Notes: a model not told the origin generated them from the sequence alone. DNA of 32,000 nucleotides from Sinorhizobium meliloti (GCF_017876815.1 NZ_JAGIOS010000003.1:630001-662000); one strand, 5' to 3'; shown: positions 20,492-29,201, counted from the first letter of the stretch. A program made the numbers and translations.

Positions 20492-20965
20492 TGGAAAGAC
20501 CCATCTCGTCTATGAAGACGAGGCGGGCTGGATCGAGGTCAAGCTGTGCATCGAACCAGTCCTGAAGCCGCTTCAGGAGGTCTGGCCGCTCCTGCTCCAA
20601 TGCGCTTTTTTTGAATGTGAAGCCGCGCTTGCGCAGCCAGACGTCGAGGGTGCTGCGGCCGATAGAGACGGATCGGTCCTCTTCCAGACGCAAAACCATC
20701 TGTTCAGAGTGATGTCCTTCGACGCCTCGATCATGCCGATGATGAAAGCCTCATGATCGTCGAGACGGGAACCTCCAGGTCGACCCTGCTTGGCAGCGCT
20801 CACCTGCCCCTGCCGGGCGCTCGCGATCCAGGCAATCGCCGTCGAAATCCCGATCCCGAACCGCGCTGCAGCCGACCGCGCGGACATCCCACTAGCCGAC
20901 GCAGCAAAAACCCGGTGGCGAGGGCGGCTTGTAGGCGCGCTTCTGGCCGCGACCTTGAAGATGAC
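20492..20965 (-). pseudogene. IS630-family transposase, frameshifted and 3'-truncated by the IS21 end
   Basis: ...RHRVFAASASGMSARSAAARFGIGISTAIAWIA...HEAFIIGMIEASKDITLN, then a frame switch to MVLRLEEDRSVSIGRSTLDVWLRKRGFTFKKSA.EQERPDLLKRLQDWFDAQLDLDPARLVFIDEMG. It is cut at 20491/20492. Confidence 0.75.
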
Positions 20966-21056
20966 AAGGCCTGACGATCACGCCTATCGGCGGATGCATT
21001 TTGATCCCATGAAGTACAGTCTCGACGAGAAGCCAGTTAATGTCGTTTGGGGGCGC

Positions 21057-21983
21057 CTAAGACATTTCTCCCTGAAATTCGCTGCGCGAGGCTTCCTGCA
21101 AGAGTAACTCCCGGATCCAGACATTTCCGGGATCCTTGTCGTGGAGGGCGGGCCACTGGACAGCCTCAGTGAACCAGAGGGGTGGCAGCGGATGCTTGAC
21201 GATCCGCAGGGGTATCGTTTGTTCGAAATACTTTACCAGGCGCAATGGGAGAATGGCTATACGATTGGTGCCCGGCAGCAACGGCGGAATCAAGGTAAAA
21301 CCTGGCACGACAAGTTCGACACGTCTCTTGAAGCCGTGCTCCAGCAATAGCCATTGTTCGAAGGAGGGCTTCAAGGCACGCCCGAACTGGGCTGCAACAT
21401 GCCCCATCGATATATATCTTTCGAAAGAGAGATCCCCAAGCAACTGCTCATTCGTCGGGCAGCCGACGCACACGAGTGGCTCGGCAAACAGCTTCGCTTT
21501 AGGGTGCGCACTCGACATGAACAAGTCCGGAAGAATTAGAAAATCAACATCACCGCGCCGGAGAAGCTCATAGGGATCGTCGTCTAGCGGCAGCAACTCG
21601 AAGCTGACGCCAGGAGCCTCCCGAGCCAAGCGCTCCACAACCCGCTCAAAGAATACAAGTGTCATGAAGTCCGAAAGGATGATCCTGAAACGGCGATCCG
21701 ACTGGGCTGGGTTGATCGGATCCCAAGCAATGATGGAGAGCTGAATGTGCAGTAAGGCCTCACGCACCGCAGGGGCGAGCGCTTCGGCACGCGGTGTCGG
21801 GATAAGATCGCGGCCCTGCATCGAAAACAGCTCGTCGCCAAAATAGGTGCGCAGGCGCGCGATAGCCGCGCTCATGGCCGGTTGACTGAGCTTGACCCTG
21901 CGTGCGGCGGCCGTGAGCTTGCGCTCGGTCATCAGTGCGTCGAGCGCGACGAGGAGGTTTAGATCTAGGCCCCTAAAACGCAT
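21057..21983 (-). CDS. nodD: LysR-type nodulation regulator NodD (probably the nodD2 paralogue, judged by its position next to the fix repeat)
   Basis: 308 aa, [58 protein letters not shown]... It is collinear with NodD over its full length. Confidence 0.95.
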   Translation of the reverse strand: MRFRGLDLNLLVALDALMTERKLTAAARRVKLSQPAMSAAIARLRTYFGDELFSMQGRDLIPTPRAEALAPAVREALLHIQLSIIAWDPINPAQSDRRFRIILSDFMTLVFFERVVERLAREAPGVSFELLPLDDDPYELLRRGDVDFLILPDLFMSSAHPKAKLFAEPLVCVGCPTNEQLLGDLSFERYISMGHVAAQFGRALKPSFEQWLLLEHGFKRRVELVVPGFTLIPPLLPGTNRIAILPLRLVKYFEQTIPLRIVKHPLPPLWFTEAVQWPALHDKDPGNVWIRELLLQEASRSEFQGEMS

Positions 21984-21990
21984 GTGCGGT

Positions 21991-22037
21991 ATCCATAGCG
22001 GAGATGATTGTTCCCAAACAAACGATTTTCACACTCC
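21991..22037 (+). promoter_or_regulatory. nod-box-like sequence divergent from nodD, partly degenerate
   Basis: ATCCATAGCGGAGATGATTGTTCCCAAACAAACGATTTTCACACTCC. The first ATC-N9-GAT module is intact. The second module is degenerate (TTC...GAT). By eye, about 33 of 47 positions match the consensus. Confidence 0.6.
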
Positions 22038-22736
22038 CATTAGAGAACCCTGAAGTTAACGAAATCAAGCTTCAGTGAAGGATTCTTTCCTCATGACCTC
22101 GCTGGACTGACATTTCATCCCTCATTCAATTCATCGATCGCCGGACGGGGCCGATTTTCCTGCCAAGCAGGCAGGCGAGTCAAAGACCAGGCGTCAAGGT
22201 CATTTTTCAGTTGCTCAGGGCTCCGCTTGGACTTACCGCCACGGCCGTTGCCGACCCCCCCTTGCCGTAGAACGCGATCTAACGCTGAGCTGCCACCTTG
22301 TTTCCTTCGTTGTTTGAAGCATCTCGGTCGTTCGGACACATGCAGCAGGAGATTTCCGCTTTTACTAAGCAGCTTGCCTCGGCCGGCGCCGACGAAATCG
22401 GCCAGTGCATCGAACGCCTCAGGAGCGGCGGCATGCGGATCTCCGAAACGATCACTGCTGCAAACCCGGTCGAAGAATACCGGGAGGTGTAATGGTAGGT
22501 CGACCGCTCAAGTCGAGTGCGCCGCAAGCACGCCGGATCGAGATCGTCCAATCCCGGCACATACCCTTCACCACCTCCCGCTTCCGAGCAGGCCTTGAAG
22601 CTTCGCCGAATGACATCCTGCAACATCTCGAGGTCCAGCGTATGCGGCGTCCACGCCCCATCGATTATTCAGTTGCGGCGATCTGAGGTTGATCGACGGG
22701 CCGTCAAATGAGCTCACCGAAGAGTATCTGACGAGC

Positions 22737-22954
22737 TCATTGTGAGGCCTGGATGCGAGCGGCATAGGCCCATGGCATCAGGGCATCGATGTCTTTGGCG
22801 AGGTGGCCGTTTGCGAGGCGGGTGAAGAGGTTGCACAGATAGGCGTAGGGCTCAACGCCGTTCATTTTACAAGTGCCGATCAGGCTGGCAAACCGGGCCC
22901 AATTGCGGCCCCCTTCATCGTGCCCCGCAAAGAGCGCATTGCGGCGGTTCATGG
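22737..22954 (-). pseudogene. tnpC: IS66-family transposase TnpC, C-terminal fragment
   Basis: MNRRNALFAGHDEGGRNWARFASLIGTCKMNGVEPYAYLCNLFTRLANGHLAKDIDALMPWAY. This is the conserved IS66 TnpC tail. It continues the frame of 25542-26955 exactly. Confidence 0.9.
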
Positions 22955-22957
22955 CCA

Positions 22958-23440
22958 TTGCAAGGTCATTCTACCCATATCGGCGAATATGTGACCATTC
23001 ATTACCCACATCATCCGCTTTTTGGGAAGCGCGTGAGACGTCAGGGCGTCGATCATCGCAAAGGCGGGGCGGTCGCGCACATCGAGACGACGCCCGGTAA
23101 TGTCATTGTCATTCCGACGTGGATGCTGGATCCGATTGCCTGTGCGGGCATGGAGATTGGCGAGCCCCGTGCTTCCCTTGAAGCGCTCATTGAACTCGCC
23201 AGTCTATTGACCCCTCAAGGTGAGAGGGCACCCTCGTCAACTGCCAAAGCAGTTGACGAGGAGGTTCCAGATGAAACTGCCAACGCCAATTCCACCCGAG
23301 GGTCCGCGCCAGATGATCATGGCGTTCGACTCGGTGAAGACGCGTGGGATGAGCCCGCGCCAAAGGGAAGCCGCACTGATGGCATTGGCCATGTTGTTGA
23401 TGGAGGCGGCCTGTGTAGCGGAGAAGGAGGCGCCGCATGA
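22958..23440 (+). CDS. Hypothetical protein upstream of the recombinase (structured N-terminal ~75 aa, low-complexity tail)
   Basis: VTIHYPHHPLFGKRVRRQGVDHRKGGAVAHIETTPGNVIVIPTWMLDPIACAGMEIGEPRASLEALIELASLL. Its stop overlaps the recombinase ATG (ATGA). It has no clear SD. Its 3' half competes with ORF 23268-23450. Confidence 0.4.
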   Translation: MQGHSTHIGEYVTIHYPHHPLFGKRVRRQGVDHRKGGAVAHIETTPGNVIVIPTWMLDPIACAGMEIGEPRASLEALIELASLLTPQGERAPSSTAKAVDEEVPDETANANSTRGSAPDDHGVRLGEDAWDEPAPKGSRTDGIGHVVDGGGLCSGEGGAA

Positions 23441-23450
23441 ACGCGTTTAG
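23268..23450 (+). CDS. Hypothetical 60-aa helical protein overlapping the recombinase start
   Basis: MKLPTPIPPEGPRQMIMAFDSVKTRGMSPRQREAALMALAMLLMEAACVAEKEAPHERV. A strong SD GAGGAGG lies 8 nt upstream. It is in an alternative frame to the tail of 22958-23440. Confidence 0.45.
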   Translation, partial: QMKLPTPIPPEGPRQMIMAFDSVKTRGMSPRQREAALMALAMLLMEAACVAEKEAPHERV

Positions 23451-25512
23451 CCCTCTGCCGCCAGCGCTTCTGAAGCGTAAAGCCGTCGTCTATGTGCGAC
23501 AATCGAGCCAAAGCCAGGTCATGCAAAATCTCGAGAGCCAACGGCGCCAATACGATCTTGTGGATGCTGCGCGCCAGCACGGTTTCCGACGGGTCGAGGT
23601 GATTGATGATGACCTCGGATTGTCGGCGAGCGGCGCGGTCGCCCGTCCGGGGTTCGAACGTCTTGTCGCCTGGCTCTGCGCCGGAGACGTCGGCGCCGTT
23701 TTGTGTTTCGATGCTTCGCGTCTCGCCCGAAACGGGCGTGACTGGCATCATTTGCTCGAACTTTGCGGCCTCGTGGACGCCCGCGTCATCGACCAGGACG
23801 GCGTCTATAATCCGTGCTCTCCTAATGATCGTTTGCTTTTGGGCATGAAGGGCACGATCAGCGAGTTCGAGCTTGGCATTATTCGCGCGCGCATGCTCGA
23901 CGCTGCGCGTGCCAAGGCCAGACGCGGAGAGCTGCGCATCAGCGTTCCTATCGGTTATATCTGGTACCGCGATGCGGGCCTTGGTTTCGATCCGGATCTG
24001 CGCGTGCAGGAAGCCGTCCGTCTGATCTTCAGCCGGTTTCGAGAGCTGAGAAGCGGTCGCCAGGTACTGTTGTCGCTGACGGAAGACAAGCTTTGCTTCC
24101 CACGTCCGACGGACGGACGCAACACGACGACTTTCGACTGGACACCGATCCGATATCGCAATGTCATCTCGGTGCTAAAGAATCCGTTTTACGCTGGCGT
24201 TTATGCTTACGGCAAAAGCGAGAAGCGCACCGAGATTATCGATGGCCGCGCCCGCAAGACCTATGGCCATGGCAAACCGAAGGAGGAGTGGGAAGTTTTT
24301 CTCAAAGATCACCACGACGGTTATATCGAATGGGACGAATATGAACGCAACCAGGCGCTGCTCGCCGCCAACGCCTATGGGCAAAAGGGCGGTGCAAAAT
24401 CGGGCCGCGGTGGGCGTGCGCTGCTTTCTGGGCTCCTTTCCTGCGGTCGTTGCGGGCGGCGCCTGTGCGTCGCCTATACCGGCAAAACGCCACGTCCGGT
24501 TTACCGCTGCGAACGCCCCAATTTGATGTTAGGACTCAATCGATGTCTTGGCTTCGGCGGCCCGCGAATTGACAAAGCGGTTGCCGCGGAGCTTCTGCGC
24601 GTAGTCCAGCCGATGGCGATAGAGGCGGCGATGCAAGCTGAACACATGCAGTCTGAGGCGCGAGCTGAACGCCGCCGCGCCGCTGAACTCGACCTGCAGA
24701 AGGCGCAATATGAAGCTGCGCTCGCAGAACGACGCTACGCCGCCTGCGATCCCGACAATCGCCTGATCGCGGCAACGCTGGAGAAGAACTGGGAGGTCGC
24801 TTTAAAACGCCTGGAGGCCTGCAAGACACGCCTTGACGCCGAACAGCTCCCGGATACCCCGGCAAAGCTGCCTGATTTAGATGGCTTGGCGGAAGATCTG
24901 CAGGCCGCCTGGAATGCGCCGGGCGTCAGCACGCGGGCGCGGCAGCGCCTCGCGCGGGCGCTGATCAAGGACATCATCGCTGATGTCGACGAAGAAGCGC
25001 GCGACGTCGTCCTGACAATCCATTGGCAGGGTGGTCAGCACTCGCAACTGCGCGTCAGAAAGCCCAAGACCGGCGAACATGGTTGCAATACGTCCGAAGA
25101 CGCTCTTGAGGTCATGCGTTCCATGGCTGGAAGATGGAGCGACAGCGATATCGCAGCCACTCTCAATCGCATGGGCATACGCACAGGCTTTGGCCACACC
25201 TGGACGGCTCACCGCGTCTCTTCGATCCGCCGTGTCAACGATATTCACGCATACTTTTCTGCCGAAAAGAGCGGCAAATGGCTGACGATGACGGAGGCGG
25301 CCACCAAACTCGGCGTGACAAACCACGTCATCCGCAACCTGATCAAGGCAAAAATCCTGCCGGCCGAACAAGTCGTGCCCAGAGCGCCTTATCAGATTAA
25401 AGCCGTTGATATCGAACGCGAAGATATCATTGAAGCGATTAACAATAGACGACGGAAACGCCCATATCGCGACCCTCGGCAAATCGCCCTTCCAATAAAT
25501 TCAATTACTTAG
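23437..25512 (+). CDS. Large serine recombinase (resolvase/invertase catalytic domain + recombinase domain + zinc ribbon + coiled coil)
   Basis: 691 aa. The catalytic N-terminus is AVVYVRQSSQSQV...RPGFERL...CFDASRLARNGRDWHHLLELC. The zinc ribbon is CGRCGRRLCV...YRCERP. A long helical region follows. GAAGGAGG lies 7 nt upstream. Confidence 0.9.
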   Translation: MNAFSPLPPALLKRKAVVYVRQSSQSQVMQNLESQRRQYDLVDAARQHGFRRVEVIDDDLGLSASGAVARPGFERLVAWLCAGDVGAVLCFDASRLARNGRDWHHLLELCGLVDARVIDQDGVYNPCSPNDRLLLGMKGTISEFELGIIRARMLDAARAKARRGELRISVPIGYIWYRDAGLGFDPDLRVQEAVRLIFSRFRELRSGRQVLLSLTEDKLCFPRPTDGRNTTTFDWTPIRYRNVISVLKNPFYAGVYAYGKSEKRTEIIDGRARKTYGHGKPKEEWEVFLKDHHDGYIEWDEYERNQALLAANAYGQKGGAKSGRGGRALLSGLLSCGRCGRRLCVAYTGKTPRPVYRCERPNLMLGLNRCLGFGGPRIDKAVAAELLRVVQPMAIEAAMQAEHMQSEARAERRRAAELDLQKAQYEAALAERRYAACDPDNRLIAATLEKNWEVALKRLEACKTRLDAEQLPDTPAKLPDLDGLAEDLQAAWNAPGVSTRARQRLARALIKDIIADVDEEARDVVLTIHWQGGQHSQLRVRKPKTGEHGCNTSEDALEVMRSMAGRWSDSDIAATLNRMGIRTGFGHTWTAHRVSSIRRVNDIHAYFSAEKSGKWLTMTEAATKLGVTNHVIRNLIKAKILPAEQVVPRAPYQIKAVDIEREDIIEAINNRRRKRPYRDPRQIALPINSIT

Positions 25513-25541
25513 AAAGGGGGTGCATAATGACTCATGTCCGG

Positions 25542-26955
25542 CAATGGGGCGCAGGGCCCGTTCGGCGGCGTTGTTATCCATGGCGACGCGACCGTCTTCG
25601 AGGAATAGGCAGAATGAGTGCCAGCGGCTCAGGCCGTAACGGAAGGCGCTCGCCAGATCGCCCTTGCCCGGAATACGGGTCAGTTGCGCTTCAGCCCAGA
25701 CGCGCAAGGCTTCGACCTTTGCTGTGCTGTGCTTCTGACGAGCAGCAAGGCGGATATCGGCAGGCTGGCCTGCAATGTCGCGCTCGATGTCGTAAATCGC
25801 GCCGATACGGTCGAGAGCCTCGCGCGCGATCTCGGATTTGTTCGAGATCCAGATATCATGGAAGTCACGTCGCCAATGCGCCCAGCAGGCCGCTTCCCGG
25901 AAGCGGCCTGTGCCGTCCGCTCCTGGCTCATAAAGCTTCCCGTAGCCTTTGTAGCCGTCAGCTTGAAGGATGCCGCTTGTCTGCCTGAGGTGATGGTGGA
26001 CGTGCTCTTCCTTCCAGTCGGAAGCAAAGTAGTAGACCGTTCCCGGTGGAGCAGCGCCCGCCCAGGGACGCTGATCGCGGACATAGGTCCAGATCCTGCC
26101 CTTCTTCACGCCTTTGCCCAACCCCTTATCCCGAAGAGAACGATCGAGCACCCGGATCGGGGTGTCGTCGGCATGGAGAAGGTCACTGCTCATGACCACC
26201 GCCTCGATCCGCTCAATCAGCGGCTGGAGCACCTGCATGGCGCGACCGCACCAATCGACCAGCGTGCTGTCCGGAATGTCGGCGCCCATGCGGGCGAAGA
26301 TCTCGTTCAGGCGATACAAAGGCAGGTGATCGTCGAACTTCGAGACCAGAATGTAAGCCAGAAGCCCAGCACCTGCCATGCTGCCCGGTATCGGACGGCT
26401 CGGCGCCGGCAACTGCACCATCTTCTCGCAGCAACGGCAGGACTTCTTCAATCGGGCGACCTCGATGACCTTCATCTGCGCAGCGATCATGTCGAGGATT
26501 TCGCTGGCGTCCTCGCCGACAAGGCGCAATTCACCGCCGCAATCGGGGCAGCAGGTACCCGGATCGAGTTCTTTGCGCTCGCGCGCTGCCTTTTCCGATA
26601 CCCGCGGACGGCGGCGCATGGTCTTCTCGGGCCTGCTTGCCACAGGCGCGGCAGGCACTGCCGCATCGACCTCATCGAGCGGCTTGGTGCTGTTTTCCGC
26701 TGCGGCGATTAAAAGATCCTCCAGCGCGAGTTCCAGCTGCTGGATTTCCCGTTCGATCTTTTCCGAGGACTTGCCGAAGACCTGTTTCTTCAGCTTGGCG
26801 ATGCGCAGTCGCAGTTCCCCGATCAATTGGTCGTGCGCCTGCAACGTCGCCGACATCTTCGCGTTTTCCGCCTGCAAGGCGGCGATCATCGCCTTCAGGA
26901 AGGCCGGATCGTCGGGAAGATTTTGGCTCGCGTTTGACATCATCCTGACTACCAT
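25542..26955 (-). pseudogene. tnpC: IS66-family transposase TnpC, N-terminal 471 codons (interrupted)
   Basis: It has a leucine-zipper-like N-terminus, zinc-finger CPDCGGEL...CRCC and the DDE region ...LHADDTPIRVL...LQADGYKGY...DNNAAERALRPIA. The frame then runs into the inserted element (track ORF 25501-26955). Confidence 0.9.
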
Positions 26956-27003
26956 AGGTCAGGACGAGTATCCATAAAAACAAGCAGATTCAGTGAGATA
27001 AAA

Positions 27004-27351
27004 TCAACCGACACGCGCCGGCGGAGCGCCCCAGTTGGGCCGTCGCCAATCAATCCCTTCCCAAAGCATGGCCAGTTGCGCGGTTGTCAGCCGGGCCGTT
27101 CCATCGGCTGCTGAAGGCCATGGAAAACGCCCCCTCTCCAAAATTTTATAGTACAGGCAGAAGCCCTGGCCATCAAAATACAGGAGTTTCAAACGATCGC
27201 CCCGTCTGCCTCGAAACGCGAAGACTGCACCTCCCGTCGGCTTCTGGCGCAGCACATCCTGCGCAAGCGCAGCCAAACCTTCTACCCCTTTGCGCATGTC
27301 CGTGGCTCCGCAAGCGAGATACACTCGAACACCGGTTCCTGGTCCAATCAT
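27004..27351 (-). CDS. tnpB: IS66-family accessory protein TnpB (Orf2)
   Basis: 115 aa, VRVYLACGATDMRKGVEGLAALAQDVLRQKPTGGAVFAFRGRRGDRLKLLYFDGQGFCLYYKILERGRFPWP. Its start overlaps the tnpA stop by 4 nt. Confidence 0.9.
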   Translation of the reverse strand: MIGPGTGVRVYLACGATDMRKGVEGLAALAQDVLRQKPTGGAVFAFRGRRGDRLKLLYFDGQGFCLYYKILERGRFPWPSAADGTARLTTAQLAMLWEGIDWRRPNWGAPPARVG

Positions 27352-27722
27352 GCTGCTTCAACCGCCCGGATGAGCCGAGTGAGGACGGCGGGATCGACGC
27401 CACTGTCGAAGCGAAGGCTGCGCCCATCGTTCAACCGCAACTCGATCATTGCAGACACGCGCGCAACGTCCTCACGCACCAGCGGGGCGCCATGCATGGC
27501 GGCCATGTCTACGGGAACGAAGACCGTATCGGCCGTGGACGGCAACAAACCCTTCTTCTTCAGCTCATGCCGCCAGGCGTAAATCTGCTGCCGGCTTACA
27601 TCGTGCCGATGGGCAACCTCCGTGACCGTCGCACCGTCGAGCCCAATCGACATGACAACGTCGAGCTTCTTCGCGTCACCCCAACGCCGCCGCCGTTCCT
27701 GACCAAGAATTTCGACACGCAT
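27348..27722 (-). CDS. tnpA: IS66-family accessory protein TnpA (Orf1), HTH
   Basis: MRVEILGQERRRRWGDAKKLDVVMSIGLDGATVTEVAHRHDVSRQQIYAWRHELKK. The ATG at 27722 has GGTGAGG upstream (the track start is a GTG at 27734). Confidence 0.85.
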   Translation of the reverse strand: MRVEILGQERRRRWGDAKKLDVVMSIGLDGATVTEVAHRHDVSRQQIYAWRHELKKKGLLPSTADTVFVPVDMAAMHGAPLVREDVARVSAMIELRLNDGRSLRFDSGVDPAVLTRLIRAVEAA

Positions 27723-27821
27723 CCCATACCTCACCTAAGACACGTCGCTAACGACGTCGTTAATGACGTGTCTTAGGTCATCAAGGCGCTATCCGGCAGG
27801 CGGTGCCAATCGGGTGCTTAC

Positions 27822-27921
27822 GCTTCAAGGAAGGCAATGCCACGCAAACCGGAAGGTCAACCACCAATGCCAAGGAAAGTGCTGATTCTGCTTGAAGGCA
27901 CTAGAATGGGTACTGGTCAGC
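27822..27921 (+). repeat. Copy A of a reiterated ~70-100 bp segment (RBS + first ~18-25 codons of the ATP-grasp gene)
   Basis: GCTTCAAGGAAGGCAAT...GGAAGGTCAACCACCAATGCCAAGGAAAGTGCTGATTCTGCTTGAAGGCACTAGAATGGGTACTGGTCAGC. It is closely similar to 31491-31587 and more distantly to 30960-31030. It begins at the base immediately after the IS66 terminus. Confidence 0.8.
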
Positions 27922-29105
27922 TATACGTCCAAGCGGCGAAGCTTCTTGGATTGCACCCAATTGTCCTGTCAGCTGACCCGGCACGTTACAACTATCTTGC
28001 AACGGAAAACGTCGAGGCTATCCGTGTCGACACGGACGATCTCGACGCGCTGATCCGTGAATGCTCCCGGCTCCGGGAGACCTATGACATTGTCGGCATT
28101 ACGGGCCTTCCAGTCCCCGGCGAGGCGGTCTATGCGACCGTTGCCAAGCTCTGTCGGCATTTCGGTCTACCGGGACCAAACCCCGCATCGATTGATCAAT
28201 GCTGCGACAAATTCATCCAGCGTCAACTGCTCGCGGAGGCTGGTGTTCCCGTACCTGTCTGTCGCATGGCAACGAATGCGGCGGAGGTAGAAAGTGCTGC
28301 CGCGGAGATCGGCCTGCCAGTGATCCTGAAACCTGCCGCTGGCAACGGAAGCACCGGTGTCCGTTTGTGCCGCGATGCCGAGGAGCTAGCCGAACACACG
28401 GTTTATCTGCTGGGCGGAACGTACGAATGGCAGACTTCGCCGAGGATACTGGTCGAAGAATTCGCAGAGGGGCCCTATTTTATTGCTGATATAATGGGGA
28501 ATACTATCATTGAGATAGGCGCCGGTGATTTCGGACCCCCGCCGAATTTCGTCTATCGTGAGTACACCTATCCGGCCTCGCTGACTGATGACCAGCGGAC
28601 GCGTATCACCGATGTTTCGCTGAGCTGCTTAGGCGCTCTCGACCTTAACTGGGGACCAACGAACATTGAATTCCGGTGGACAGAGCGTGGCCTGGTTGTC
28701 ATTGAAGTCAATCCGCGTCTTGCTGGCTCGCCCGATCCTCAGCTGATTCAGCTGGCTTGCGGTGTCGATCTTGTCATGGAGCACATCAAGCTTGTCATTG
28801 GCGACGAATGCGATTTGCGCAAAAGGCATTCGCAGACTGCGTCCGCACGGTTCCTGGTTCCGGATCGAGCCGGCACCCTCGACCGTATCGATGGCGCCGA
28901 TCAGGCAGCTGGTGTACCGGGTGTCGCCGAGGTCACATGGTATATTAAGCCCCCGACGCCGATCATCATGAAAGGCGACTGCCAAGACTGTATCGGACAT
29001 GTCATCGCCGCTTCTCCAAACCCTACCCAAACCTCGGCGATACTTCAGCGTGCAGTCGACTCAATCACCTGGTCGATTACACCGTTTCCGACCATCGACG
29101 ACTAG
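27867..29105 (+). CDS. ATP-grasp domain protein (carboxylate-amine / L-amino-acid-ligase-like)
   Basis: MPRKVLILLEGTRMGTGQLYVQAAKLLGLHPIVLSAD..., LPVILKPAAGNGSTGVRLC, VVIEVNPRLAG. The ATG at 27867 is the start position conserved in repeat copy B. An alternative ATG lies at 27837. Confidence 0.85.
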   Translation: MPRKVLILLEGTRMGTGQLYVQAAKLLGLHPIVLSADPARYNYLATENVEAIRVDTDDLDALIRECSRLRETYDIVGITGLPVPGEAVYATVAKLCRHFGLPGPNPASIDQCCDKFIQRQLLAEAGVPVPVCRMATNAAEVESAAAEIGLPVILKPAAGNGSTGVRLCRDAEELAEHTVYLLGGTYEWQTSPRILVEEFAEGPYFIADIMGNTIIEIGAGDFGPPPNFVYREYTYPASLTDDQRTRITDVSLSCLGALDLNWGPTNIEFRWTERGLVVIEVNPRLAGSPDPQLIQLACGVDLVMEHIKLVIGDECDLRKRHSQTASARFLVPDRAGTLDRIDGADQAAGVPGVAEVTWYIKPPTPIIMKGDCQDCIGHVIAASPNPTQTSAILQRAVDSITWSITPFPTIDD

Positions 29106-29201
29106 GAACAATCCGTTACCTGCACCAGCGCAGGTGGACTGGGCTCCGGAATTGGGAAAAGGGGATAAGTGGGGTTCTGCGCGGCTGCGAACAGGGAGAC
29201 G

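Larger units (their letters stand above)
22955..25541 (+). mobile_element. 2587-bp insertion encoding a large serine recombinase plus small upstream ORF(s), inside IS66 tnpC
   Basis: Removing 22955-25541 restores a 544-codon tnpC (1414 + 218 nt) that reads ...NNAAERALRPIA|MNRRNALFAG... Both junctions have GG. The ends are CCATTGCAAGGTCATT and AATGACTCATGTCCGG. Confidence 0.85.
22737..27821 (-). mobile_element. IS66-family element (tnpA-tnpB-tnpC), with tnpC split by a 2587-bp insertion; far end not identified
   Basis: It has the three-gene IS66 layout. The tnpA-proximal terminus is GTAAGCACCCGATTGGCACCGCC (reverse strand, ending at 27821). I could not find a matching terminal repeat or an 8-bp duplication below 22737. 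Confidence 0.75.

Noticed and set aside
21301-21316. TGGCACGACAAGTTCG inside nodD considered as a second sigma-54 promoter.
   Set aside because: The -12 element lacks the GC at the required spacing, and the site is inside a coding region.
25618-26712. 364-aa plus-strand ORF, and 27084-27776 (230 aa).
   Set aside because: They are antisense to IS66 tnpC and tnpA/tnpB respectively and have no recognisable domains.
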